Below, one piece after another: positions 10,094 to 19,759 of a stretch of DNA of 64,000 nt (the first letter of the stretch is position 1; each line of letters begins with the position of its first letter). Source of the DNA: Polyangiales bacterium. GTDB taxonomy: Bacteria > Myxococcota_A > Polyangia > Polyangiales > Ga0077539. A program made the position numbers and the translations under genes. Below the pieces are notes generated by a model. That model saw only the letters and a list, made by a program, of their open reading frames with translations, ran no database searches and had not been told where the DNA came from. The stretch is taken from NCBI GenBank assembly GCA_044229975.1, contig JBGARZ010000008.1:224001-288000 (forward strand), given 5' to 3'.

Positions 10094-11620
10094 ATGAAGG
10101 CGACGATCACCACGTTGAAGGGCAAGGGGTGGGTGCAGAGCCTCGCGCTCGCCCCCGACGGCACCCTCTGGGCGGTCTCCTACCGCGACAACCTGCTGCG
10201 CTCGACGGACCTGGGCGACACCTGGGAGGCGGTTTCGTCGCCGACGACGAAGTGGCTGACCGTGGTGGCCGTGACGCCCGACGGTGCAGTGCTGGTCGGC
10301 GACGAGAAGGGCGCCCTCCACGAGAGCAGCGACCTCGGCCAGAGCTGGGAGCACACGCCCCTGCGCGGAGGGAAGACCCCGTGGTGTGCGCTGGTCACGG
10401 GCGACGCGGTGTTCGTGGGCGGCGGCAACGTCTTCCGCCGGCGGCTCGGCGAGGCCGGGTGGTCGCCCGCGAAGAAGGGCCCGCGCGGCTTCACCGTGCG
10501 AGCGCTCTCCCGCACGGACGACGGCGCCCTCTTCGCGTACTGCCGCGAGATGAACCGCGACCGCGCAGGGTGGCGCTCGCTCGACGGCGGCGACACCTGG
10601 GAACGCCTGTTGATGGAGACCGGCAACGACATCCTCGCTCTGCACGCGAGCGGCGACCGCGTGTACGCCCTGCTGGCCTCGAACGAGCTGCTCTCCTCGC
10701 ACGACCGCGGCGCGACGTGGGCGCGGCACCCGCTGCCCTTCAAGGCGACCGGCGCAGGGCTCTGGTCGGCGGGGCGCACCGTCTACGCGCTCGACGTGGC
10801 GACGGGCCGCGACGAGGACGACGGCGAGGTCTGGCGCTCGCTCGACGGCGCCTCGACCTGGGAGCTCATGGGCGAGTTTGCTCCGGGCGCGCGTACGCTC
10901 GTCGCGACCGCCCAGGGAGACATCGTCGCGGGCGGATCGTTGAACGACCGCGGCGCCACGGGCCGTTGGCGTGACCCCGCGGTGGCGGCCTTCATGGCAG
11001 CGCACCCCCTCGCGCCACGCGCCGCACCTGCTCCGTCACCACCTGCATCGAAGACCGAGGCGTCGGTCGAAGCCCTGATGCTCGATCGATTGCTGACCGT
11101 GTGGAGGGCGAAGCGTCACCCGAAGCCCGCGAAGCTCATCGAGCGGTTGGGCAAGCGATGCGCGCCGAAGGACAGGCCGACGACACAAGCGCAGTGGATG
11201 ACGCTCGCGAAGCGCAAGCGGCCAGAGGACCTGTCGGCGCTGCTGGCGACCTGGCGCGACGGGACGATGGCCGAGGTGCGCCTGCGCTTCGACGCGCTGG
11301 AGACCTTCGACGACGACCCGCGGCTGGCCGCGGCGCTGGCGGCGTTCGTGCGGGAGTTCGCCTACGGGGCGACGTCGTCGAAGCCGCTCTGGAACGCCGT
11401 GGGAGCGCGGCTCATCGCACTAGGCGACCGGCGGACGACGGTAATCGTGGAGGCCGCGGCGAAGGGGCCGATCGCGGTGGACGGAGCGATCATGAAGGCG
11501 TGGTTGACGAAGTTCGTCCGGAAGCTCGCGTGGGAGCTCGAAGGCGCGTGCGGGTACGGCACGCCGCTCGACGCGGGGGAGCTCGCGCTGTGCGAGGAGG
11601 CCGAGCGGCTGCTGAAGTGA
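10094..11620 (+). CDS. BNR/Asp-box beta-propeller protein with C-terminal helical domain
   Basis: Five S-x-D-x-G-x-T/S-W-like Asp boxes, a Pro/Ala linker and an alpha-helical C-terminus. Confidence 0.75.
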   Translation: MKATITTLKGKGWVQSLALAPDGTLWAVSYRDNLLRSTDLGDTWEAVSSPTTKWLTVVAVTPDGAVLVGDEKGALHESSDLGQSWEHTPLRGGKTPWCALVTGDAVFVGGGNVFRRRLGEAGWSPAKKGPRGFTVRALSRTDDGALFAYCREMNRDRAGWRSLDGGDTWERLLMETGNDILALHASGDRVYALLASNELLSSHDRGATWARHPLPFKATGAGLWSAGRTVYALDVATGRDEDDGEVWRSLDGASTWELMGEFAPGARTLVATAQGDIVAGGSLNDRGATGRWRDPAVAAFMAAHPLAPRAAPAPSPPASKTEASVEALMLDRLLTVWRAKRHPKPAKLIERLGKRCAPKDRPTTQAQWMTLAKRKRPEDLSALLATWRDGTMAEVRLRFDALETFDDDPRLAAALAAFVREFAYGATSSKPLWNAVGARLIALGDRRTTVIVEAAAKGPIAVDGAIMKAWLTKFVRKLAWELEGACGYGTPLDAGELALCEEAERLLK

Positions 11621-11631
11621 CGGCGACGCGT

Positions 11632-11801
11632 TGAGAGGCGAAGTCGCAAGGGCGCAAGGGCCGCAAGGAGGACGCGTGCTCAGACGAAGTAGCGGTACAG
11701 GTTTGAAGTAGCCTCGATCGATGAGTGCGCGTGTGATTCGCGCGGGCAGCTTGTCCCGTCTCTCCCTTGCGACCCCTGCGCCCTTGCGGCTTCGTCTCTC
11801 A
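11632..11801. repeat. Imperfect inverted repeat (about 39-bp arms, GCAAGG-rich), REP-like
   Basis: tgagaggcgaagtcgcaagggcgcaagggccgcaaggag pairs with ctcccttgcgacccctgcgcccttgcggcttcgtctctca. Lies between convergent genes. Confidence 0.75.
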
Positions 11802-11860
11802 CCGCAGACTCCGACCGCAGTCCCGCGGTCAGACTCCGTCCAGCCACGGCTCTGGCGTCG

Positions 11861-12760
11861 TCACACCCTCACCAGCCGCGCTTTCGCCCTGCCCTCGCCC
11901 CGCACGATCGCCCCGATCACCTCCGCCGCCTCGGCCGCCGCCGGCGTGCATCGCGAGAACAACTCCGTCGCCGCCACCGCCCACAGCCCCGCGTCGCGCA
12001 CCGCCCGCAGCCCCGCCACCTCCGGTCGCTTGAGCAGCTCCGCCGCCTCCCGCGTCGCCTGATGCAGCGAGTACCCGCACGGCATGAACACCACCACGTC
12101 CGGGTCGGCCGCCGCGATCTCCGTCCACGTCGCGCGCCGCGACGGCGCACCCGGCGCGCTCAACACGTTCTCCCCTCCCGCCACCGCGACCAGCTCGGGC
12201 ACCCAATGCCCTCCCAGAAACGGCGGGTCACCCCACTCCAGCGTGAGCACCCTCGGCCGCGGTCTCCCCGCGACACTCCGCGCCACCGCATCGAGCCGCC
12301 CGCGCGTCGCGGCGATCACTGCATCCGCCCTCTCACGCGCACCGAGCGCATCGCCCACTCGCGCGAGGTCGGCGTAGAGCCCGTCGAGCGAGGTCGCCGT
12401 CAGCATCACCAGCCGCGCGCCCGTCGGCAGGTCGCACGCCGCCGTCTCGGCGTTGACCGCGCAGACGTCGCACACGTCCTGCGAGAGCACCACGTCGGGC
12501 GCGAGCGCGGCGAGCAGCGCGCGGTCGGTGCGGTAGAGGCCCTGCCCGTCGAGCACGGCGTCCACCACGAGGCGATCGATCTCGGCGGGCGGCAGCGACG
12601 GACCGTCCTCCGTCGGCGCCGGAATCACGCTGCGGGTGAGCACCGGCTTCCCCGCGGCGATGGCGTGGTCGCACTCGTGGGAGACGCCCACGAGGTGCTC
12701 GCCCAGGCCGAGCGCGGCGACGAGGTCGGTGCCCGAGGGGATGAGGCTCGCGACGCGCAT
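11861..12760 (-). CDS. Cobalamin/Fe-complex binding protein (BtuF-like, no signal peptide)
   Basis: MRVASLIPSGTD, LVGVSHECD, QDVCDVCAV, LEWGDPPFLGGHWVPE and PCGY. Confidence 0.85.
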   Translation of the reverse strand: MRVASLIPSGTDLVAALGLGEHLVGVSHECDHAIAAGKPVLTRSVIPAPTEDGPSLPPAEIDRLVVDAVLDGQGLYRTDRALLAALAPDVVLSQDVCDVCAVNAETAACDLPTGARLVMLTATSLDGLYADLARVGDALGARERADAVIAATRGRLDAVARSVAGRPRPRVLTLEWGDPPFLGGHWVPELVAVAGGENVLSAPGAPSRRATWTEIAAADPDVVVFMPCGYSLHQATREAAELLKRPEVAGLRAVRDAGLWAVAATELFSRCTPAAAEAAEVIGAIVRGEGRAKARLVRV

Positions 12761-12765
12761 GGTCG

Positions 12766-14004
12766 CTACGGCGTCATGCGAACGGGCGGCGGACCCGCGG
12801 TCTGGAGGCGGTCGTCCCAGCGGGCGCCGTCGTTGGCCAGCATGGCGGTGATCCACTGCGAGACGGTGACGCCCTCGACGGCGAGGTTGTACATGCTCTC
12901 GATGCGCACCGAGCCGATCTGCGAGGCGAAGTTGGGCGGGAGCTCGACCGCGCGGAGGTTGGTGCCGATGACGCCGGCGGGTGTTCCGAGCAGGGCGGTG
13001 TGCCCGCTGCCGTCGTAGAGGAAGCGCCGGTAGCGGTCGGGGTGCGCGGTGTGGACGGCGCCGGTCTCGGCGGCGAGCGCGTCGCGGAAGGCCGTCGGGG
13101 TCGTGCGCAGGAAGAGGTCGCCGATGATGAAGTCGTACCAGGACGAGAGCGCCGCGACGCGCACGTTGGGGTCGTGGTCGAGGAGGTAGCGGACGAGCCC
13201 GATGATGTGCCCATCGCGCGTGCAGTCGGTGCAGTCGCTCGGGATGAAGCCCCGCGCGCCGAACTCGTCGAGGATGCGCCCGAGGAAGGCGTCGTCGCCC
13301 GTGCGCGCGACCCCGACGCCCGAGTCGTTGATCACGTAGAGCGGCGCGTCGGGGTAGACGTAGCGCACGAGGAAGGCCGCGAGGATCGTCCCGAAGCCGC
13401 CGCCCGAGCTGCCCGCGAGCACGACACGACGCGGACGGGGGAAGCGGCGGTAGCCTGCGGTGAGGGCAGCCGAGAGGTTCTGGAGGCCGTGGTGGATGCG
13501 GTCGGGGGTGCCGTCGTTGTTCTCGTCGAGGCTACGATCGCCCGCGAAGAGCGAGCCGTCGCAGTACGGGAGATACAGCACGTCGAAGTCGCGCAGCGGG
13601 CCTTCGGGCGTGGTGCGCAGGAGGTCCATCGAGGGGATGCCGACGGGCGCCGCGGTGACCGCGAGGCAGAAGTCGCTCCAGCAGGCGCCGCCCCCCTGGA
13701 GGAAGATGAGGAGGTCGTCGCTCGCGCCCTCGCGCACCGACGCGCGGTACTCGCCGCCGCGCATGCACACCGGACCGTCGGCGGGGTTGAACGTGTACGT
13801 CGTGACGCCCGCGGCGTTGGTGGCGGTGTTCGCGGGCGCGGCCGTGGCGAGGTAGCGGGTGATGCCCGCGCGGTAGGCGATGGCCGCGGGCGACGAGGCG
13901 GCGGGCACGTAGCGCAGGGGCTCCGGGGCGGGCGCGGGATCATCGGCGCACGCGGTGGCGAGAGCGGTGAGCGCGGCGAGGAGGAAGCGGGGTCGGAGGT
14001 TCAT
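12766..14004 (-). CDS. Pectinacetylesterase-family lipoprotein
   Basis: Lipobox LATAC, FLQGGGACW, YLPYCDGS and the nucleophile motif GSSGGG. Confidence 0.85.
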   Translation of the reverse strand: MNLRPRFLLAALTALATACADDPAPAPEPLRYVPAASSPAAIAYRAGITRYLATAAPANTATNAAGVTTYTFNPADGPVCMRGGEYRASVREGASDDLLIFLQGGGACWSDFCLAVTAAPVGIPSMDLLRTTPEGPLRDFDVLYLPYCDGSLFAGDRSLDENNDGTPDRIHHGLQNLSAALTAGYRRFPRPRRVVLAGSSGGGFGTILAAFLVRYVYPDAPLYVINDSGVGVARTGDDAFLGRILDEFGARGFIPSDCTDCTRDGHIIGLVRYLLDHDPNVRVAALSSWYDFIIGDLFLRTTPTAFRDALAAETGAVHTAHPDRYRRFLYDGSGHTALLGTPAGVIGTNLRAVELPPNFASQIGSVRIESMYNLAVEGVTVSQWITAMLANDGARWDDRLQTAGPPPVRMTP

Positions 14005-14172
14005 CGCGGGCACGGATGGTACAGGGGCGCGAGGGAGCGGTGGGAGCGGCCCGAGGTCAGAAGGTGCCGCCGAGGCCGAGCACGAGAGACAGACCCGACC
14101 CTGGCCTGCACCGCTGTCACGCCAACCTCCATACTGTGGCGTATTGACTTCCCGGCCCGGAGGTCCCCTTGT

Positions 14173-14192
14173 TCCATACCGAACCGTATGGA
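14173..14192. promoter_or_regulatory. Operator-like palindrome (TetR-type)
   Basis: TCCATAC-CGAACC-GTATGGA, located downstream of a TTGACT hexamer and upstream of a GGAGG RBS. Confidence 0.55.
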
Positions 14193-14270
14193 CACCCCCC
14201 GGGAGGCCACCATGAGACCCATCGTCGTCCGTGAGACCGTCGTCTGTTCCTGCGCCGTGGGCGGTGCGTC

Positions 14271-14690
14271 GTGAGGCTCATCCTCGGCGTCGCGGCCTCC
14301 GCCACGCTCGCCAGCGTCGCTGCGTTGCACCTCTTCTGGGCGGCGCGCGGTAGCTCCTCGCTCGGCGCCGCGGTGCCCGAGGTCAACGGCGCCCCGGCGT
14401 TTCGCCCCACGCGCGTGCACTCGATGGCCGTCGCGGTCGCCCTCACCACCGGCGCGGGCCTCATGCTCTCGGCGCTCGGTGCGCCGCTGGGTGTTCCGGT
14501 AGCGCTCGCCCGAGTGGGCTGCGGGGCGATGGCGCTCGTCCTGGCCGCGCGCACCGTCGGCGACCTCCGCCTCGTCGGCCTCTTCAAGAACCGCACGATC
14601 CGCTCGCGCTTCGCCACCTGGGACGACCGCCTCTACACGCCGCTCTGCGCCGCGCTGTGCGTCAGCTCGCTCGTCGTGGCCCTCGGCTGA
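14271..14690 (+). CDS. DUF3995-like membrane protein
   Basis: LHLFWA..G, F.P, RTVGDLRLVGLFK and FATWDDRLYTPLC. Confidence 0.75.
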   Translation: MRLILGVAASATLASVAALHLFWAARGSSSLGAAVPEVNGAPAFRPTRVHSMAVAVALTTGAGLMLSALGAPLGVPVALARVGCGAMALVLAARTVGDLRLVGLFKNRTIRSRFATWDDRLYTPLCAALCVSSLVVALG

Positions 14691-14713
14691 CCGCGCACCG
14701 AAGTCGCGAGGTG

Positions 14714-15318
14714 ATGACCCTGCAGGTGCTTCAAGGCAGACACCGGGTCCATCCGGTGGTGATCGTCGGCGGCGGATACGCCGGGGTGCTCGCGGCCAAC
14801 CGCATCGCGGGAAGAGCTGGCGGCGCCGCGCGGGTCGTCCTCGTCAGCGATCGGGAGGAGTTCGTCCATCGGGTTCGTCTCCATGAGCTCGCGAGCGGAG
14901 GAGCGCCGCCGCGATACCCGCTGTCGACCCTGCTGCGTCGCGGTGTCGAGCACGTGCACGGCCGGGTCGAACGCGCCCTCGCGTACGGACCGTTCTGGCT
15001 GAAGGTCGAGCGCTGGCTGCCGGGGAGCTACGTCTGGCCGGGGTGCTTCTCTCGCCGCTCATCGGAGCGAGGAGAGCCCGCGGTCACGGTGCTGCTCTCG
15101 CTTGCGGCGCTGGCGGCGACGCTCGTCGATGCGCTGAGGCGCCCGTCGCGCCGGGCGGCGGCCGTGCGACTGATCGCGTGGGTGAACCTCGGCTTCGTCG
15201 GCGCGCGCTGCCTCGCCGTCGCGCGAACGGGCTTCGGCGGAATGGGCGCGATGTGGTTGGCGCTCGCGCTCGAAGGCGCGTTGCTGGGGGCGGCGATGTG
15301 GCTGGGTCGGGGCGACTA
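14714..15318 (+). pseudogene. Truncated or chimeric FAD-dependent oxidoreductase (NDH-2-like) fragment fused to a membrane segment
   Basis: VVIVGGGYAGVLAANR and RVRLHE are present, but similarity appears to end after about 85 aa with no second Rossmann motif. Confidence 0.55.
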
Positions 15319-17229
15319 CTGCAACGTCCAGGTCTCGCCGTACTCCCAGCCGCCGCGGACCAGCACGTCGACCTCCACGGTCGAACCGCTGACGTCGTAG
15401 AGGAGGTTCATCGTCGACTCGGTGGGGCAGCGCCAGTCGACGCGCGCGGCGATCGGGCGGGACATCGGGCCCATCACCCCGCCGTCCGACAGCGAGCAGA
15501 ACACGCTCGGGTAGGTCAGCGAGGTGGTGAGCTGGCCCGCCGCGGTGGTCGTCGCGAGGAGCATCCCCGAGGCGCGGTGTCGGCTGGCCTCGATGAGGCC
15601 GATGTCCTGCACCATCGTTCCGCCGACGACGCGGGGCGCCGAGACCTGGTAGGTCTTGAGGTAGTCGTAGGCGTCCACGCTGGAGTAGGTCGCGGCGTAG
15701 CGCGTGACCACGTAGGTGCCCGCGGGGATGGCACCACCCATCAGCCGGCAGTTTTCGGGCGCGCTGACGAGGAGCGTGCCGCGGACGCCGGTGCTCCGCT
15801 GCGTCGGAAACGTGCACGTCGACGGGACGTCCATCGACCCGATGTCTGTTCCTGCGTCGAGGGCGGTGGTGCCCTCTCGCTGGAGCGTCTCGCCGAAGCC
15901 GTAGCCGAGGGGGTTCCACCGCCAGAGGATCTGGTTCGCCGCGGCGTCGTAGCGAAACTCGCCGCGCAGCGCGGTGGCGCCAGCGGTGTCGCAGCTCGGG
16001 GTGATCTCGTAGGTGCTGTCACCCGTGACGGGAGTCGTGAAGCGGATGGCGCCGCGCAGGGTGCGCGTCTCGGTCGTGCCGCCCGCGGTGCGCGTCTCGG
16101 TGCGCTCGATCTCGCGCGCGCCGCCGACGGTGGAGAGCCGCACGGTGATGCGCGTCGTCCCGGCCGTGGCGGTCATGATGTTCACGCCCCGGTCGATGAC
16201 CGTCCACGTTCCATCGGGCGGCGTGGCGCGGACGGTCCACGGCGGGCGGTCGAAGCCCTCGGGGTGTTCGGTGATCATCGTGGCGCTCTGCGGGAGCTCG
16301 GTGCAGGGGCCGACGCCTGCATCGACGGGCGTGCCCGCGTCCATCTCCGGGGGCGGCAGGCACGGGAAGTCGCACAGCGATCGGTAGGCCAGCGTCGCGA
16401 AGAGCAGCCCGAGCGTCCCCGGCGTGAAGGTGTCGACGTCGAACTCGGGAAGCGCACGCTGCGTACCGAAGGCGTCGCAGATGCAGCGCACCACCGTGTC
16501 GGCGGTCGTGGCGGTCGAGCAGGTGACCGAGTGGGTCGTCGTCCCGAGGATGGACGCGACGGCGCATCGCTGGCCGCAGTACTCGTTGGGTCTGCCCGAC
16601 GCGCACTCGACGAGGCTGCACGCCGTGTCGGGCGCGAAGCACTCGCTGGCGCGGATGAGCACCACCACGAAGCGGGAGAACGATCGCGTGCGGCCGGTCA
16701 CGGTGGTCGCCTGCGGGGCGTCGGCGCCGACGAGGGACCAGGTGTCGGCGGTCGCGGGCGCGTGCAGCATCGCGAGGCTGTCGCCGCGGCGGAAGGGGCC
16801 GGCGCCCACCAGCGCGCGGTCGACGTCCGCGGTGAGCACCACCGGCGCGGTGAAGGTCGTGCCCGTGGGGTTGAGCTCGAACACGGGCGACACGGCGACG
16901 GCGCCTGGCGGGAGACGACCCGCCGACGCCCGCCCGACAGCGATGGGTGTGTCGACGCGGAGAGCGCCGGCGGGGATCACCACACGGAGGCCGGGGGCGG
17001 TGAGGGTGGCGCCCGCGGGGCCGACGAGCTGCGACGTCACGGAGGCATCCACGGGGGGAGCGTCGGCGGTGGTGGTGGCGTCGGACGTGGCGACGTCCAT
17101 CCCCGCGGCGTCGGTCACGGCCTGATCGACGGCGGGCACATCCGCGGTCGGAGTCGGCGTCGAGCCCTCGCCTCCGCAAGCGACCAGCCACATCACGACG
17201 AGGATCAGGGAGAGCAAGCGTCTCGACAT
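15316..17229 (-). CDS. Lipoprotein with ZU5-like domain
   Basis: AAGGAG RBS, lipobox LVAC, D/A/T-rich linker, VGPAGATL..LRVVIPAGAL, FELNPTGTTF..PV and TRSFSRF. Confidence 0.7.
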   Translation of the reverse strand: MSRRLLSLILVVMWLVACGGEGSTPTPTADVPAVDQAVTDAAGMDVATSDATTTADAPPVDASVTSQLVGPAGATLTAPGLRVVIPAGALRVDTPIAVGRASAGRLPPGAVAVSPVFELNPTGTTFTAPVVLTADVDRALVGAGPFRRGDSLAMLHAPATADTWSLVGADAPQATTVTGRTRSFSRFVVVLIRASECFAPDTACSLVECASGRPNEYCGQRCAVASILGTTTHSVTCSTATTADTVVRCICDAFGTQRALPEFDVDTFTPGTLGLLFATLAYRSLCDFPCLPPPEMDAGTPVDAGVGPCTELPQSATMITEHPEGFDRPPWTVRATPPDGTWTVIDRGVNIMTATAGTTRITVRLSTVGGAREIERTETRTAGGTTETRTLRGAIRFTTPVTGDSTYEITPSCDTAGATALRGEFRYDAAANQILWRWNPLGYGFGETLQREGTTALDAGTDIGSMDVPSTCTFPTQRSTGVRGTLLVSAPENCRLMGGAIPAGTYVVTRYAATYSSVDAYDYLKTYQVSAPRVVGGTMVQDIGLIEASRHRASGMLLATTTAAGQLTTSLTYPSVFCSLSDGGVMGPMSRPIAARVDWRCPTESTMNLLYDVSGSTVEVDVLVRGGWEYGETWTLQ

Positions 17230-17338
17230 CGACGAACTCCTTGGCGGGGCGGAAGGGAGTGCCACCAGAGGTGTTGATGTCGGGACCGATCGCGATTTTC
17301 TGATCGCGGGCAGCGGCGAGGTGGGTGGCGGGGATCAG

Positions 17339-19759
17339 TCAGGGGATGGAGAAGGAGTACTGGGGTGCACCGAGCTGGGTCGCCATCACGCCTGCCCCAG
17401 TGTCGACGGTTTCAAACGGTAGATAGTAGACGAGCGCGCCCTCGAACCGAGAACCGACAAACCGACAACCAACGCAGGACATCTTATCGATTACAAAGGT
17501 CTCCACCCAGGACGACAAGGCAAAATCACACGACTCAAACACCACCGACTCAATACGATATGGCATGGACGCAGAGGAAAAATCGCACCCGACAAACGAC
17601 GACCCTTCAAAAGTGGAGCCCACGAGGAGCGCGCCGCAAAACTTCAACTTCTCCGCCTGAACGCCGCGCCAGCTCGACGCCCTCAGGTCGAGCCGGGAGA
17701 GATCAGACCCCTCGGCGATGCCGACGAAGAGAGTCCGAGAGAGGATGCGATCCCAATGAGCGCGCGACGGCGAGCGCATCAACGCATGGTAGACGTCGAC
17801 GTACCTGCCCGGGCAATACCGCTCTGGAGCAAAACCCAGGTATTCCCGAGTGCCGAGCCCAGCAACCAGGAAGACGTTGCCCAGACTGATCCCCAAGGTG
17901 TCGCGCGGGCGCAGGCCCCACAGGCGCGCGACGCGAACCGTCACCTCCGCCTCTTGCTCATCAAGGATCATCCCATAGATAGGACCGAGTCGACCGACCA
18001 GGGCGCCCAGGTCTCGATCATGGGACACCGTCGAGCCTTGTTCGAAAAACGCGTGCCAGTCGCCCGCCATCTTCTTCAGGAATCGCTCGACGCCAACCGG
18101 GATGACGGCTACTCCGAACCGTTCGATCCAACGGCGACAGAGCGCGCCATCGGATAGACGGTAGGTCGTCTCGCCGAACTCGTCCCTCTCCTGTGCGACC
18201 ATCGCCGCGATCTCGACCGCGAGAAACTCCGCCGCGAGATACTCCCCAAGCGACTTGTGCAGAAACTCCCAGGCCCGTTCGTCCTGCTCGCTCCGCCGCT
18301 GGGAGATGGCGAGTATCAGTTGGATGGCCTTCGACTCGGTCTTGTCCGTCTCGATCTGTAGCCCGAGCGCGCTGAGCGCCCTCTGGAGATCCTCGCGGCG
18401 GATCACCTCCTGACCGCTCTGCATGACGGCGAACCCGATCACCCGGAGCAGCCGCCGTAGCTCCGCCGCCGTGAAGTCGCCTCGCTCCGCGTGGTGTCGC
18501 TTGCAGGTCTCCGAGATCACCCGGTGATAGATGCGAGCGAGGTCGACCGCCCTCCCCTCGCCGAGCACCTCGATTCCTTCGAGGTCCAACAACGCCAGCA
18601 GTCGCAACGTCAGCGGTTCATGGATCAACGAGCGCAGCACCTCGGCGTCCAACGCATCGCCGTGCGACTGCAGCCGCGCGCTGTTGAACACCTTGCCCGT
18701 CGCCCGATGCCACTGCTCACACCATTGAACGACCTGCCCATGGTCGAAGGGCAACAGCTTCACCACCGTCGCCCCCTCGGGGAGCGCCGTGTCGTCTCGC
18801 GAGAACACCGTGTCCCGCCCGAAGCACGCCACGCCTTGCACCCGCTGATCGCGAAGCAGCGTCTGCACCCGCAGGAAGAAGCTCCCCAGCCCCGTCCTCG
18901 ACGCCTGGATCAACTCATCGAAGCCATCGAGCAGCAGCACCAACCGGGGCGCCCGCGCGAACACCTCGCGCAACCCCGTCCCCACTTCTTCCTCCCGCGT
19001 CACCTGCGGCAGAACCCGCTCGATCTCCTTGAACAGGTCGCGCTCCGGCGAGACATCGCGAAGCCTGATCAGAAGCGGCTGCAGCAGCGGGTCTTCCGCC
19101 AGCTCCGAGGCCAGCATCGTCGCCAGCGTGCTCTTGCCCGAGCCCGGCCCTCCCACCACGAAGACCAGACTCGGCTCCGCGCCGGGCGGTTCGCTCGTCG
19201 CTTTCCGCAAGAGTGGGAGCGGGTTCGACTCGACCGGAGCCGCCTCTCGCTCCTGACGCTTGCTTCGCGCGCTCGCGAACACCTCCCGCTGGTACCGCGA
19301 CGGCACATAGATGCTCTCCAGAGGCACCTTGTGCGGCTCGGGCATCCCCCAGATCGGCTGCGCCCGCAGCGCCCGCAGCTCCGCGCGATACTTCTCCCAC
19401 CACTCCCCGCCCACTGGGGTGAACGAGTACGGATGCACGTGCGCCATCGCCCGATGGAGTTTCGGGCTCTGCCGCATCGACGTGAGCAGCTCGTCGACCT
19501 CCCGCTGCACCCTCGCCTCCGTCGACGCCGCCGAGAGCAGCCCGCTGAGCTCCTCGGGCGTCACCCGGTCGAGCACGCCGAACACCCGCGCTTCGGGAAC
19601 GTTCGCCGACAGCCCGAACGCCTGCTCTCTCGCCTCTCCCATGTCCTTCGCCGCGACGACCGCCGCGAAGCCCGCGCGCACCTCATCGAGCCGATGCACC
19701 AGGCGCCGCAGCTCACCCAGCGCCGCTGCCACTTCGTCGCGATCGAGCGTGTCCTTCAT
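17339..19759 (-). CDS. NACHT (STAND) NTPase with C-terminal pentapeptide repeats
   Basis: LESIYVP, Walker A GGPGSGKST, Walker B LLLDGFDE, PLTL, WEFLHKSLGEYLAAE and pentapeptide repeats (SDLSR, ALLVG, STFEG, CDFSS). Confidence 0.85.
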   Translation of the reverse strand: MKDTLDRDEVAAALGELRRLVHRLDEVRAGFAAVVAAKDMGEAREQAFGLSANVPEARVFGVLDRVTPEELSGLLSAASTEARVQREVDELLTSMRQSPKLHRAMAHVHPYSFTPVGGEWWEKYRAELRALRAQPIWGMPEPHKVPLESIYVPSRYQREVFASARSKRQEREAAPVESNPLPLLRKATSEPPGAEPSLVFVVGGPGSGKSTLATMLASELAEDPLLQPLLIRLRDVSPERDLFKEIERVLPQVTREEEVGTGLREVFARAPRLVLLLDGFDELIQASRTGLGSFFLRVQTLLRDQRVQGVACFGRDTVFSRDDTALPEGATVVKLLPFDHGQVVQWCEQWHRATGKVFNSARLQSHGDALDAEVLRSLIHEPLTLRLLALLDLEGIEVLGEGRAVDLARIYHRVISETCKRHHAERGDFTAAELRRLLRVIGFAVMQSGQEVIRREDLQRALSALGLQIETDKTESKAIQLILAISQRRSEQDERAWEFLHKSLGEYLAAEFLAVEIAAMVAQERDEFGETTYRLSDGALCRRWIERFGVAVIPVGVERFLKKMAGDWHAFFEQGSTVSHDRDLGALVGRLGPIYGMILDEQEAEVTVRVARLWGLRPRDTLGISLGNVFLVAGLGTREYLGFAPERYCPGRYVDVYHALMRSPSRAHWDRILSRTLFVGIAEGSDLSRLDLRASSWRGVQAEKLKFCGALLVGSTFEGSSFVGCDFSSASMPYRIESVVFESCDFALSSWVETFVIDKMSCVGCRFVGSRFEGALVYYLPFETVDTGAGVMATQLGAPQYSFSIP

